Both the position numbers and the translations under genes were made by a program. The notes beneath the pieces were generated by a model. That model did no database searches and was not told the DNA's origin. It worked only from the letters and a program-made list of their open reading frames with translations. A stretch of 64,000 nt of DNA from an uncultured Pelagibacteraceae bacterium (GTDB lineage Bacteria > Pseudomonadota > Alphaproteobacteria > Pelagibacterales > Pelagibacteraceae): positions 11,902 through 75,901 of the forward strand of contig CABZDR010000004.1 in NCBI GenBank assembly GCA_902524535.1. Direction: 5' to 3'. Shown here piece after piece: positions 1 through 9,323 of the stretch (position 1 is the stretch's first letter; each line of letters opens with the position of its first letter).

Positions 1-281
1 ATCATAAGAAAAGTTTTATTAGAAAATAAGTCGGAGATATTATCTATACTCAGATAAAGACTAAAATTATTATTAAAAGGATAAGTATTTAGATAAGCTT
101 TATATAGAATAAAAATATAAACCCCACTTAAAATAAAAATCGGAAAAATTGAGGTTACAAAATACCTACAAAAATAAGATTGAGGAAAAAAAATTAATAC
201 TAACCAAAAGGGCAAAACTCCTAAATTTACCCAATAATAGAGCATTTCAACTGTAAAATAGGTATAAATTTGTTCGATCAT
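1..281 (-). CDS. ABA4-like / DUF4281-type membrane protein (partial, runs off window start)
   Basis: Read manually: ATG at 281, MIEQIYTYFTVEMLYYWVNLGVLPFWLVLIFFPQS..., open to the window edge. N-x-x-x-LPFWLxxIFxP motif recalled as typical of DUF4281. Confidence 0.65.
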   Translation of the reverse strand, partial: MIEQIYTYFTVEMLYYWVNLGVLPFWLVLIFFPQSYFCRYFVTSIFPIFILSGVYIFILYKAYLNTYPFNNNFSLYLSIDNISDLFSNKTFLM

Positions 282-306
282 TTACAAATATATTATAATA
301 AATCTT

Positions 307-873
307 TTGATGATTCCCATAAGAAATAAAAAAAAAACTCTTCAAATCACTGTTGAGGAAATGAGAGATTTTGCATTTGCCTATGTTGAAAAATATGCAC
401 CATCAAAACAGCAGCTTAAAACATACTTATTAAAGAAATATTTAAAGATTTCTGTACCGAACGTAAAAAAACAAGATGTTAATAATTTAATCGATATCGT
501 TTTGTCGGATTTAGAAAAGAACAGATTTATTAATGACAAATTTTATTCTGAAACTAAAGCTAGGAGTATGATTCGACGAGGAAATTCAATAAATAAAATA
601 AGAAGTTATTTAATAGGCAAAGGTATAGAAGATAGTTTTATCAAAGAAACAGTAAATAAAATTCAAGATGAGAATTCAGATCAAGATTTTTTTTCAGCAA
701 TCAAAGTTTGTAAAAAAAAAAGAATAGGACCAGCTAGGATAGATGATAATAGACCTTTATTTTATAAAAAAGATATTTCTTTATTAGCAAGGAATGGCTT
801 TGATTTTGAAACTTCAAAAAAGGTGATGGACTTAAAAAAAGAAGATTATCTAAAAATTACAAAATTACTTTGA
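307..873 (+). CDS. recX: Regulatory protein RecX
   Basis: Alphaproteobacterial RecX pattern: YVEKYAPS..L..YL, FINDKFY..RRGNS...I..YL..KGI, KKKRIGP, LARNGF. Confidence 0.85.
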   Translation: MMIPIRNKKKTLQITVEEMRDFAFAYVEKYAPSKQQLKTYLLKKYLKISVPNVKKQDVNNLIDIVLSDLEKNRFINDKFYSETKARSMIRRGNSINKIRSYLIGKGIEDSFIKETVNKIQDENSDQDFFSAIKVCKKKRIGPARIDDNRPLFYKKDISLLARNGFDFETSKKVMDLKKEDYLKITKLL

Positions 874-1008
874 TTTTTTATTTTTTTCAATTTTTACCAA
901 GTAGTCAATTTTATTTTTAATGTAATTTTTGACAAAGACAAATACTAATAATCCAAAAATTGATACTGATACTAAAATGATAAGTATAATTCTTAATTGT
1001 TCGTCCAT
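865..1008 (-). CDS. Small single-pass membrane protein (47 aa)
   Basis: Read manually: MDEQLRIILIILVSVSIFGLLVFVFVKNYIKNKIDYLVKIEKNKKSK*. ATG overlaps the cysQ stop (TAATG); hydrophobic N-terminus, basic C-terminus. Confidence 0.55.
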   Translation of the reverse strand: MDEQLRIILIILVSVSIFGLLVFVFVKNYIKNKIDYLVKIEKNKKSK

Positions 1009-1781
1009 TACAAAATTCCTTTACTTTTTAAAATTAAACTTGGATTTTTAAAATCTTCTTTACCATACAAAATCTCATTACCATTAAAATCAGTAACGTT
1101 TCCCCCTGTATGCTTTAGAATTGCGTGACCTGCTGCTATATCCCACTCACAAGCTCTAGGCTCTGCAACATACCCATCAAATTCACCAGCAGCTATCACA
1201 CAAAATTTTAACGAACTTTTCATTTTTACATATTTTTTAACATTTAATTCTTTATGAATTTTCTTAATTTCTGGTTTTATTTTATTAGAATAAGAAACAA
1301 ATTTAATTTCATTTTTATTAAAATTTTTTTTTCCATTAAGTTTAACAGGTTTTCCATTAATTAATTCAAATGCATAATTCATTCCATAAGAGTAAAACAT
1401 TCTATTTTTTGCAGGCGCATAAACTAATCCAGCTACTGGCCTTTTATCAATTATTAAACCAGCGTTAATAGTAAATTCATCTTTATTATTTATATAATCA
1501 TAAGTTCCATCTATTGGATCTATTAACCAAAAATTTTTAAGGCTTTTTATTGATTTATTATCTGATGTTTCTTCAGAAATTATAGGAATATCTGGAGTAA
1601 GTTTTGATATTTTTTGAGATATAATTTTATTTACTTCTAAGTCACCATTGCTAACAGGAGTATTATCTGATTTTGTTTCTTTGGTTAATCCCTTATTTCT
1701 TAGATCTAAGGAGATCTTTCCTGCGTTCAAGAATGTATCAACTAAATTTTCCACAATAACTTTGATATCAATTTTTGTCAT
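1008..1781 (-). CDS. cysQ: 3'(2'),5'-bisphosphate nucleotidase CysQ (inositol monophosphatase family)
   Basis: Motifs KSDNTPVS, ISEE, FWLIDPIDGT, SSLKFC, EWDIAAGHAIL. Confidence 0.9.
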   Translation of the reverse strand: MTKIDIKVIVENLVDTFLNAGKISLDLRNKGLTKETKSDNTPVSNGDLEVNKIISQKISKLTPDIPIISEETSDNKSIKSLKNFWLIDPIDGTYDYINNKDEFTINAGLIIDKRPVAGLVYAPAKNRMFYSYGMNYAFELINGKPVKLNGKKNFNKNEIKFVSYSNKIKPEIKKIHKELNVKKYVKMKSSLKFCVIAAGEFDGYVAEPRACEWDIAAGHAILKHTGGNVTDFNGNEILYGKEDFKNPSLILKSKGIL

Positions 1782-1944
1782 TTATTTTTTTTAATTCTAT
1801 ATTTTCAGCATTAATAACTTTTTTTCCAACATTCTCAAAATTGACTGTTATTTTATCTTTAATAATTGACTGGACCTGACCAATACCCCAGTCTTTATTA
1901 TGTGGATTGAAAACTTTGTCACCTGGTTCAAAATCATAAATCAT
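1768..1944 (-). CDS. DUF3553-type small SH3-like protein (58 aa)
   Basis: Read manually: [45 protein letters not shown]...; PG..V..P...WG.GQVQS...TVNFE..GK pattern; overlaps the cysQ start. Confidence 0.75.
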   Translation of the reverse strand: MIYDFEPGDKVFNPHNKDWGIGQVQSIIKDKITVNFENVGKKVINAENIELKKINDKN

Positions 1945-1985
1945 TTAATTTAATTTATATTAGAAATGAGTATAAATACCACCAA

Positions 1986-3104
1986 ATGTATAATGAATTA
2001 AATTCTATAGGATTAGATAAAAAACCTTCAGATACAACTGTGGTTGTCGCTATGTCGGGTGGAGTTGATTCATCTACAGTCGCAGGTATGATGAAAAATG
2101 AAGGATATAAAGTAATTGGAATTACTTTAAAACTTTATGACGATGGAAAAGACGTTGCGTCCTCAAAGCAGTGTTGTTCAGGTCAAGATATCATGGATGC
2201 AAAAAGAGTTGCCAACAAATTAGGAATCGAACATAAAATTCTTTATTATCAAAATAAATTTAAGCAAGGAGTTATAGATAATTTTGTTGATAGTTATTTA
2301 AAAGGTGAAACACCTATTCCATGCGTTCAATGCAATCAAACAGTAAAATTTAAAGATTTATTTGAAGTATCTAAGGAATTAAAAGCCGATGCAATGATCA
2401 CAGGTCATTACGTTAAAAGTATTACATCAGGAAATGAAACAAATATGTATAGAGCTGTAGATGAGAATAGAGATCAAAGCTATTTTCTATTCAATACTAC
2501 TAAAGATCAGCTAAATTATCTTAGATTTCCACTTGGTAGCATGCTAAAAGATGAAACTAGAAAAATAGCAAAACAATTAGATTTAAGCGTTTCGGATAAA
2601 CCTGACAGTCAAGATATCTGCTTTGTACCTAACGGAGATTATGCATCTGTTATCCAAAAATTTAGGCCAGAGTCGTATAAAAAAGGAAATATTAAGGATC
2701 TGAATGGAAAAGTGATCGGTGTGCATGATGGTATAGTTAATTTTACCATTGGGCAAAGAAAAGGAATAAAAGTTTCTGATAAAGACCCTTTATACGTTCT
2801 TAAAATTAATGCAGATAAAAATGAAATTGTAGTTGGACCTAAAAATAAATTAGGAAAGAAAATAATCTTCTTAAATAATTTAAATTTATTAGCTAACGAA
2901 AATGAATTTGAAGATGAAATTTTAGTAAAAGTAAGATCAACTGGAAAACTTCTTAATGCAAATATTTCATTTAAAGATTTAAAAAAAGCTGAAGTAAACC
3001 TCAAAATTTCTGAGGATGGGATTTCTCCTGGTCAAGCTTGCGTTTTTTATAAAAAAGATAACTTTGGATATAAAGTTTTGGGTGGTGGCTGGATTACAAA
3101 TTAA
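1986..3104 (+). CDS. mnmA: tRNA-specific 2-thiouridylase MnmA
   Basis: [11 protein letters not shown]-loop, [42 protein letters not shown]. Confidence 0.97.
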   Translation: MYNELNSIGLDKKPSDTTVVVAMSGGVDSSTVAGMMKNEGYKVIGITLKLYDDGKDVASSKQCCSGQDIMDAKRVANKLGIEHKILYYQNKFKQGVIDNFVDSYLKGETPIPCVQCNQTVKFKDLFEVSKELKADAMITGHYVKSITSGNETNMYRAVDENRDQSYFLFNTTKDQLNYLRFPLGSMLKDETRKIAKQLDLSVSDKPDSQDICFVPNGDYASVIQKFRPESYKKGNIKDLNGKVIGVHDGIVNFTIGQRKGIKVSDKDPLYVLKINADKNEIVVGPKNKLGKKIIFLNNLNLLANENEFEDEILVKVRSTGKLLNANISFKDLKKAEVNLKISEDGISPGQACVFYKKDNFGYKVLGGGWITN

Positions 3105-3807
3105 TTTTTTTCCACATAAAAAAAGTAAATAGATAAAAGGTTATAACACCAATGAAATAATCCCATTCTAATGCATGTTTAAAAAATTTTAAATTAAAAC
3201 CCATAAAATCATTTCCTGGCAAGCTTATAATAGGGATGCTTATTGCTGCTACAACTATCAAAATTGATACTAAAACTAACTTGGCTTTTAAAAAATTTGG
3301 GTTGATAAGATCTATTATTTTATTTTTAAAAGAGTACAAAATTATAACTAGATATGTTTGTGCAACTATTTCAAAAATTATAAATGATAACATAATTACC
3401 CTTCTGAATAATTTATATAGATCATAGTCAAATTTTACCCCTAAAAAAATTGAGTGAACTGTTAGAGCTATCGCTGATGCTACACCAAAAAAAATTATTT
3501 TTTTAATATGTTTATGTTCCCCACCAACTTTAAGCAAAATTTCCCTGTTTAGATACCAATATCGGATTAATAAATACGAGGTTAAAAACATAGCAGGTTT
3601 AAAAATTAGATAAGTGGGAAATACTCTTGCTGTCCTGCTTATAGAAGCGCCACCATCAATATATGGAAATGTATTATGAATTATGTCTGCTCGATTAGGA
3701 AATAGACCATGAAATTGGGTTATCAATATTAAGCAAGTGTTTACTGCTACAAAAGGAACTATAAATATCCAAATACTCATGGATTTAACTTTTTTTATCT
3801 GTTCCAT
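3094..3807 (-). CDS. Conserved multi-pass membrane protein (possibly Frag1/DRAM/Sfk1-like)
   Basis: About 6 hydrophobic segments, [14 protein letters not shown] motif, C-terminal ALEW. Family call is tentative. Confidence 0.6.
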   Translation of the reverse strand: MEQIKKVKSMSIWIFIVPFVAVNTCLILITQFHGLFPNRADIIHNTFPYIDGGASISRTARVFPTYLIFKPAMFLTSYLLIRYWYLNREILLKVGGEHKHIKKIIFFGVASAIALTVHSIFLGVKFDYDLYKLFRRVIMLSFIIFEIVAQTYLVIILYSFKNKIIDLINPNFLKAKLVLVSILIVVAAISIPIISLPGNDFMGFNLKFFKHALEWDYFIGVITFYLFTFFMWKKINL

Positions 3808-3815
3808 TGGAAAAA

Positions 3816-3899
3816 CTATTTTTTTTTGTTTTTCTTTCTAGCTCGTCTTTTTTTAGAGCCCATTTTTCTTCGGCCTCTATGCTTTTTTGGATATCCCAT
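3816..3899 (-). CDS. Tiny Lys/Arg-rich peptide (27 aa)
   Basis: Read manually: MGYPKKHRGRRKMGSKKRRARKKNKKK*. SD-like AAAGGA immediately upstream (TAAAGGAAATAATG on the - strand). Confidence 0.65.
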   Translation of the reverse strand: MGYPKKHRGRRKMGSKKRRARKKNKKK

Positions 3900-3975
3900 T
3901 ATTTCCTTTAATTATAATTTAATTGAAATTATGTCAGGGATATAGCATTGTCTTTTATAGTTATCAATTTTTTTT

Positions 3976-5151
3976 ATGTCTAAATCTTTCAAGACTTTTT
4001 TAAAGCACACAGCTAAAGATTTTCATAATCAATCTGTCAATCCACCAGTAGTAAGAGCATCTACAATTATATTTAAGTCTATGCAGCATTTAAGAAAAAC
4101 TCAGGCTAAAGCACAAAAAAATCCTATTGGTGGACATTATGATTATGGAAGACAAGGAACTTCCACAACTTATATATTACAAAAAATTTTAACAAAACTT
4201 GAGGAAAGCTATCATGTTTTTACTACACCAACTGGTTTTGGCTCTGTTTTTTTAGCAATTTTTAGTGTTGTAAGACCTGGAGATGAAATGTTGGTTGCAG
4301 ACCCAGTTTATAGTCCAACAAGAATTTTAACAGAAAATTATTTAAAAGAATTTAATATTCATACAACTTTTTATGATCCTAGAAATTTAAAGACTTTAGA
4401 AAAATCCATTACAAAAAAAACTAAACTGATTTTTGTTGAAAATCCAGGTAGTAACACATTTGAATTTCAGGATTTAAAAAAAATAATCTCAGTTGCAAAA
4501 AGAAAAAAAATTTTCACAGCTATTGATAATACTTGGGCTACACCATATTTTTTTAAACCAATTAAAATTGGTTTTGATATGTCAATTGTTTCTGCAACCA
4601 AGTATTATTCTGGACACTCTGATGTCATGGGTGGTAGTTTAGCAGTTAATAAAAAGGTTTTTAATAAAGTAAAATTAGCAGAAAAAATTACTGGTTTGAG
4701 ACTAGGACCTGATGATGCATATTTAATTACTAGAGGGCTTAGAACATTAGATGTGCGACTTGATAGACACAGCGAGAATGCTAAAAAAGTTGCATCTTTT
4801 TTAGATAAAAATAAAAAAATTGAACTGCTTTATCCTTATAAAAAAAATTCATTAAATTATAAAATGTGGAAAAAATATCATTCAGGTGCTTCAGGTTTAA
4901 TGGGATTAAAAATTAAAACAAAAAACTCAAATTCTGTAACAAAATTCGTGAACTCCTTAAGATTGTTTGGCTATGGATATAGTTGGGGTGGTTTTGAAAG
5001 TTTAGCTTTACATCAAGAATTTAGAGAAATGGGTAATAGGAAATATATGAACCTAGAAAAGAACGAGCATTTAGTAAGACTTCATATAGGTCTCGAAGAT
5101 CCTAGTGACCTTATTGCTGATTTAAAACAAGCTCTTAGACATTTAAAATAA
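3976..5151 (+). CDS. metC: Cystathionine beta-lyase (PLP)
   Basis: VNPPVVRASTI, YGRQGT, ENPGSNTFE, DNTWATP, SATKYYSGHSD (PLP Lys), GYSWGGFESL, RLHIGLED. Confidence 0.9.
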   Translation: MSKSFKTFLKHTAKDFHNQSVNPPVVRASTIIFKSMQHLRKTQAKAQKNPIGGHYDYGRQGTSTTYILQKILTKLEESYHVFTTPTGFGSVFLAIFSVVRPGDEMLVADPVYSPTRILTENYLKEFNIHTTFYDPRNLKTLEKSITKKTKLIFVENPGSNTFEFQDLKKIISVAKRKKIFTAIDNTWATPYFFKPIKIGFDMSIVSATKYYSGHSDVMGGSLAVNKKVFNKVKLAEKITGLRLGPDDAYLITRGLRTLDVRLDRHSENAKKVASFLDKNKKIELLYPYKKNSLNYKMWKKYHSGASGLMGLKIKTKNSNSVTKFVNSLRLFGYGYSWGGFESLALHQEFREMGNRKYMNLEKNEHLVRLHIGLEDPSDLIADLKQALRHLK

Positions 5152-5157
5152 ATTTCA

Positions 5158-6378
5158 ATGCAATCTGAAAAATTTATAAGAAATAACACAGCGTTAGTTA
5201 CTTTAATTGCAGCCAGCTTAGTTGTTCTAATTTCATTAGGTGTAAGACAAACTTTTGGTATGTTCTTTATGGATTTTAGAGATGATCTAGGAATTTCTTT
5301 GACCCAATCTGGTTTATCAATTGGTCTTCAAATGTTAATGTGGGGATTGACCGGGCCTATTTTTGGAGTAATAGCCGATAAGTATGGTGGACATAAAGCA
5401 ATTTCATTGGCATTTATCTTTTTTATAGCTGGAGTTTATTTTTTATATGCAGGACCAAATACTGGAATTTTTTTTCAAATTGATCTTGGCATTTTAGTAG
5501 GTATTGGTCTTGGAGGCACTGCTATAAGTATTCCAATGTCTGTTGTAGGTAAACACTTTCCTTTATCTAATAGAACTATCGCCATGAGTATTGTTACTGC
5601 GGTTGGTTCATTTGGTTATTTTCTATCTCCTATATTAACAGAGTACTCTCTAACAGAAAATGGCTGGCAAAATACTTTAGTAGCATTCATGATTGCTTTA
5701 ACTATTGGATTTGCTGTTTCCTTTCTTGTTAAATCTCCATCATTAAATGACACAATTGAACAACCAAATACTCAAAGTACTTTAGAGGCAATTAAAGAAG
5801 CTTTTGGTACTAAAAGTTATTTACTTTTAGTTTCAGGTTTTTTTGTATGTGGTTTTCATATAACTTTAGTTGGAACTCATGTTCCAACATACGTAATTGA
5901 TAGAGGTTTAGAAAGCTGGACCGCAGCAGCAATTTTATCATTGATAGGTTTGTTCAATATTTTTGGTTCTTTGACTAGTGGTTATCTATCAACAATAATG
6001 AGTAAAAAATTAATACTAAGTGCAATTTATGGTTTAAGGGGAGTAACAATTATATTTTTTATATTTTTACCGGCGAGTAATATTAACTCTTTTATTTTTG
6101 GTGCAAGTTTTGGCTTTCTATGGCTTTCTACCGTGCCTGCCACAAGTGGCATAGTTGCCCATATGTTTGGCACAAAGTATTTAGGTTTATTATACGGTAT
6201 TGTTTTTTTAAGCCATCAAATCGGTTCCTTCTTTGGGGCTTTCCTAGGGGGCTTGTTCCACGATCTTTATGGCTCGTATGATTATGCGTGGTATTTAGCA
6301 ATTGCCTTATCTGTTTTTGCGGCAATAATTCATTTACCAATAAAAGAACAACCAGTTTTAAGACTAAAAACAGAATAA
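5158..6378 (+). CDS. MFS transporter
   Basis: About 12 TM segments, GVIADKYG loop motif, HQIGSFFGAFLGG..DLYGSY. Confidence 0.9.
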   Translation: MQSEKFIRNNTALVTLIAASLVVLISLGVRQTFGMFFMDFRDDLGISLTQSGLSIGLQMLMWGLTGPIFGVIADKYGGHKAISLAFIFFIAGVYFLYAGPNTGIFFQIDLGILVGIGLGGTAISIPMSVVGKHFPLSNRTIAMSIVTAVGSFGYFLSPILTEYSLTENGWQNTLVAFMIALTIGFAVSFLVKSPSLNDTIEQPNTQSTLEAIKEAFGTKSYLLLVSGFFVCGFHITLVGTHVPTYVIDRGLESWTAAAILSLIGLFNIFGSLTSGYLSTIMSKKLILSAIYGLRGVTIIFFIFLPASNINSFIFGASFGFLWLSTVPATSGIVAHMFGTKYLGLLYGIVFLSHQIGSFFGAFLGGLFHDLYGSYDYAWYLAIALSVFAAIIHLPIKEQPVLRLKTE

Positions 6379-6379
6379 A

Positions 6380-7531
6380 TTGAATATAACAAAACAATTA
6401 TCAGAGATACATCAGTCGGGAGCACCTTATATTATTTATAAATCCCAAAAAGGATTTGATCTTTACACTGATTTTTCAAAAAAAATTATTTTGAATAATA
6501 AAAATATTAAGAGTTTTTTAATTAAAAAAAATAAAAAAAAATTTAAAAATACTGATCTATTCATTGGTTTTTTTGGATACGAGTTGTTGAATAATCTAAT
6601 TAACATCAAAGTCCCAAAACAAAAAAATTTAAATTTTCCAAGAGGAATTTTTTATAAACCAGAAAAAAAAATTAAATTAAGTAATAATTTTAAATATCCA
6701 AAACAAAATTTTGCCGCTGGAAATTTTCAAATCAATATTAATAAAGAAAATTATACGAAAATATTCAGTAAATTTAAAAAGAAAATTAAAAAAGGTGAAA
6801 CCTATCAAATTAAGATTTGCACCAAATATAAGACCAAATCAAAAATCAATCCCTTAGATTTTTTTTCAAGATTATCTAATAGCAATTTAGCACCAGAGGC
6901 TTTCATGATTAAAGATAACAATTACTCAATAATTAGTTGTTCGCCTGAGAACCTAATAACAAAAAAAGGTGCTGATATATCAACAAAACCAATAGCTGGG
7001 ACTGTAAAAAAAACGAAAAATTTGAATAAATTAAAAGCGCTAAAATATTTTAGAAAAAATTTAAAAGAGACCAAGGAACACAATATGATAGTCGATATGG
7101 AAAGAAATGATCTATCGAGAGTCTGTAAAGTAGGCTCTGTAAAACTATCTAAACAAAAAATTGTCGAAGAATACAAAGATCTCTTTCATTATGTTAGTTT
7201 GATTAAAGGAAAACTAAAAAAAAATATCAACAACTTTGATATAATTAAAGCAATGATGCCAGGTGGTTCAGTTATTGGGTGTCCAAAGATAAATACGCTT
7301 AATCTTTTAAATAATCAGGAAAAAGAAAATAGGAATATTTATACAGGTAGTTTTGGCTACATAAAATTTAATGGTGATATGAGATTTAATATAATTATAC
7401 GTTCAATTCTAAATTATAAAAATATATCTGAAATTTCAGTTGCCTCAGGTGTTGTCGTCGATAGTAATGCCAATCATGAATTTAATGAGAATTTTCTTAA
7501 AGCTAAAGCGTTAATAGATTTATTTAAATGA
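6380..7531 (+). CDS. pabB: Aminodeoxychorismate synthase component I (chorismate-binding)
   Basis: GETYQ, SCSPE, TKPIAGT, EHNMIVDMERNDLSRVC, PGGSVIGCPK, YTGSFG, NIIIRS; clustered with a GATase and a class IV aminotransferase. Confidence 0.8.
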   Translation: MNITKQLSEIHQSGAPYIIYKSQKGFDLYTDFSKKIILNNKNIKSFLIKKNKKKFKNTDLFIGFFGYELLNNLINIKVPKQKNLNFPRGIFYKPEKKIKLSNNFKYPKQNFAAGNFQININKENYTKIFSKFKKKIKKGETYQIKICTKYKTKSKINPLDFFSRLSNSNLAPEAFMIKDNNYSIISCSPENLITKKGADISTKPIAGTVKKTKNLNKLKALKYFRKNLKETKEHNMIVDMERNDLSRVCKVGSVKLSKQKIVEEYKDLFHYVSLIKGKLKKNINNFDIIKAMMPGGSVIGCPKINTLNLLNNQEKENRNIYTGSFGYIKFNGDMRFNIIIRSILNYKNISEISVASGVVVDSNANHEFNENFLKAKALIDLFK

Positions 7532-8085
7532 TTTATGTAATTGATCATAACGACTCTTTTACTCATAATGTTGTTCATCAATTTGCTTTGTTTGATAAAG
7601 TTGAGTGCGATAACTATGATAAAATTAGCGAAAATAAAGTTAAGCAAGCATCTACAATAATTTTCTCACCCGGACCAGGTAATCCAAAAAATTATCCAAT
7701 CACTTCACAAATTTATAAAAAATATAAAGGTAAAAAGAAAATCATAGGGATTTGTTTAGGATTTCAACACATTTTATTTTGCGAGGGTGCAAAAATTATT
7801 GAACAAAAAAAAATTTATCATGGATTTCAATCAAATATAAAAGTAATCACTAATAAATCTTTATTCAAAAAAGGAAAGATATTTAAAGTTGGCAGGTATC
7901 ATTCTTTAAAATTAAAAGAACCTTTCAAATCTAACAATTTTGAGATAACTATGAGATGTTTAAATTCAAAAGTTGCAATGGCATTTGAAAATAAAAAGGA
8001 AAAAATATATGGATTTCAATTTCACCCAGAGTCTTTTTTAACTATCAATGGCAACCTACTTATTAAAAAAATCTTATCAGCTTAA
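7528..8085 (+). CDS. pabA: Glutamine amidotransferase component II of ADC/anthranilate synthase
   Basis: IDHNDSFTHN, SPGPGNP, GICLG, RYHSL, GFQFHPES. Confidence 0.82.
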   Translation: MIYVIDHNDSFTHNVVHQFALFDKVECDNYDKISENKVKQASTIIFSPGPGNPKNYPITSQIYKKYKGKKKIIGICLGFQHILFCEGAKIIEQKKIYHGFQSNIKVITNKSLFKKGKIFKVGRYHSLKLKEPFKSNNFEITMRCLNSKVAMAFENKKEKIYGFQFHPESFLTINGNLLIKKILSA

Positions 8086-8821
8086 AGACCTAAAACAGAT
8101 AGAATTCCAAGATCTTTGGGGGGATCATGGAATTTTCACCACTATGTGGATTTTTGGGAAACCAGCAAAAATTTTATTTTTTGATAATCATTTAAAAAAT
8201 TTAATTTTATCATTGAAAAAATATCAAATAAAAAAGAAATCATTAAAGTCAAATATTTTAGAAATAATTAATAGAAATTTATCTAAAAAAAGGAAATACA
8301 ATCATCTATTGAGAATTGCTATAAATAAGAGGGTTATTTCAATCTCTTTAAGGAAACGAGTTAAGCCGAAATTAAATTTTAATTTGAAGTTAGTGAAATT
8401 TAAAAGAGAAAAACCAGAATTTAAAAACCTTAAATATAAAAAAATATTGTCTTATTTATCTAAAATGGATAACTCCCAATCAGATATTGCACTAGTATCT
8501 AATAAGAAATTATTAGAAACTGGAACCTCAAATTTATTATTTGTTAAAGATCAAAGATTTTTTACTCCCAAAAAGGATTATTATGAGGGAAATACTTATA
8601 AATTTTTTAAAACAAAAATAAGAAAGATAATTAAAAAAGATATTTTGCTTCAAGAAATAAAAAATTATGATGAAATATTATTAATAGGTTCTGGTAAAGG
8701 TGTTACTTCAGTTAAAACTATAAATGAGCTTAGATGGAAAAGAAAAAACCTAAAAAAATTTAAGTTTCTATCAAAGCAATATGAATCAGTTATAAATAAA
8801 TGCAATTATTATAAATTTTAA
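8048..8821 (+). CDS. pabC: Aminotransferase class IV, likely 4-amino-4-deoxychorismate lyase
   Basis: GIFTTM, H.K.L, FKNLKY, LLETGTSNL; position after pabBA. Confidence 0.65.
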   Translation: MATYLLKKSYQLKDLKQIEFQDLWGDHGIFTTMWIFGKPAKILFFDNHLKNLILSLKKYQIKKKSLKSNILEIINRNLSKKRKYNHLLRIAINKRVISISLRKRVKPKLNFNLKLVKFKREKPEFKNLKYKKILSYLSKMDNSQSDIALVSNKKLLETGTSNLLFVKDQRFFTPKKDYYEGNTYKFFKTKIRKIIKKDILLQEIKNYDEILLIGSGKGVTSVKTINELRWKRKNLKKFKFLSKQYESVINKCNYYKF

Positions 8822-8824
8822 TAG

Positions 8825-9223
8825 ATGAAAGATCCAAACAATCCCTGTTTATTTTGTGATGTAAAAAAAACTGGAATTGTTTATGAAAATGAGTTGGCAT
8901 ACGTAAGTTACGATTCATATCCAGTTTCAGAACACCATTGTTTAATTATACCCAAAAGACATATAAAGGATTATTTTGACTTATCTAAAGATGAACTGCT
9001 TGCATGTAATGATCTTATAAAAATTATTAAAAAAGAAATAACCAATAAAGATCCGTTAGTTAAAGGATTTAATCTAGGTACAAATATAGGAATTGTATCT
9101 GGTCAATCTATTTTACATTGTCATTTTCATCTGATTCCCCGAAGAGAAGGAGATGTTGACAATCCCCAGGGTGGAGTGCGATCAGTCATTCCAAACAAAC
9201 AACATTATAAAAGAAATAATTAG
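8825..9223 (+). CDS. HIT-family nucleotide hydrolase
   Basis: CLFC N-terminus, YPVSEHHCLIIPKRH, GFNLG.N.G..SGQSILHCHFHLIPRR (HxHxH triad). Confidence 0.92.
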   Translation: MKDPNNPCLFCDVKKTGIVYENELAYVSYDSYPVSEHHCLIIPKRHIKDYFDLSKDELLACNDLIKIIKKEITNKDPLVKGFNLGTNIGIVSGQSILHCHFHLIPRREGDVDNPQGGVRSVIPNKQHYKRNN

Positions 9224-9241
9224 CCTAATATAAAAGACAAA

Positions 9242-9270
9242 TTGACCGCAGTTTGAGGTTGAACTATAAT
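9242..9270 (+). promoter_or_regulatory. Sigma70-type promoter of aprMBA
   Basis: TTGACC (9242-9247), 17-nt spacer, TATAAT (9265-9270), upstream of the aprM ATG at 9324. Confidence 0.75.
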
Positions 9271-9276
9271 TTCAAC
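9258..9276. promoter_or_regulatory. Inverted repeat GTTGAA-N7-TTCAAC straddling the aprM -10 box (candidate operator)
   Basis: Perfect 6-bp inverted repeat seen directly; function inferred from position. Confidence 0.45.
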
Positions 9277-9323
9277 TATATATAAAACTTTATAACTAAT
9301 TCAAAATTTAACAAAAGGCGGAA

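Noticed and set aside
2639-7176. Antisense ORFs 2639-3004, 3236-3427, 6128-6397 and 6922-7176
   Set aside because: Shadow frames opposite well-supported genes (mnmA, membrane protein, MFS, pabB), with no recognisable motifs.
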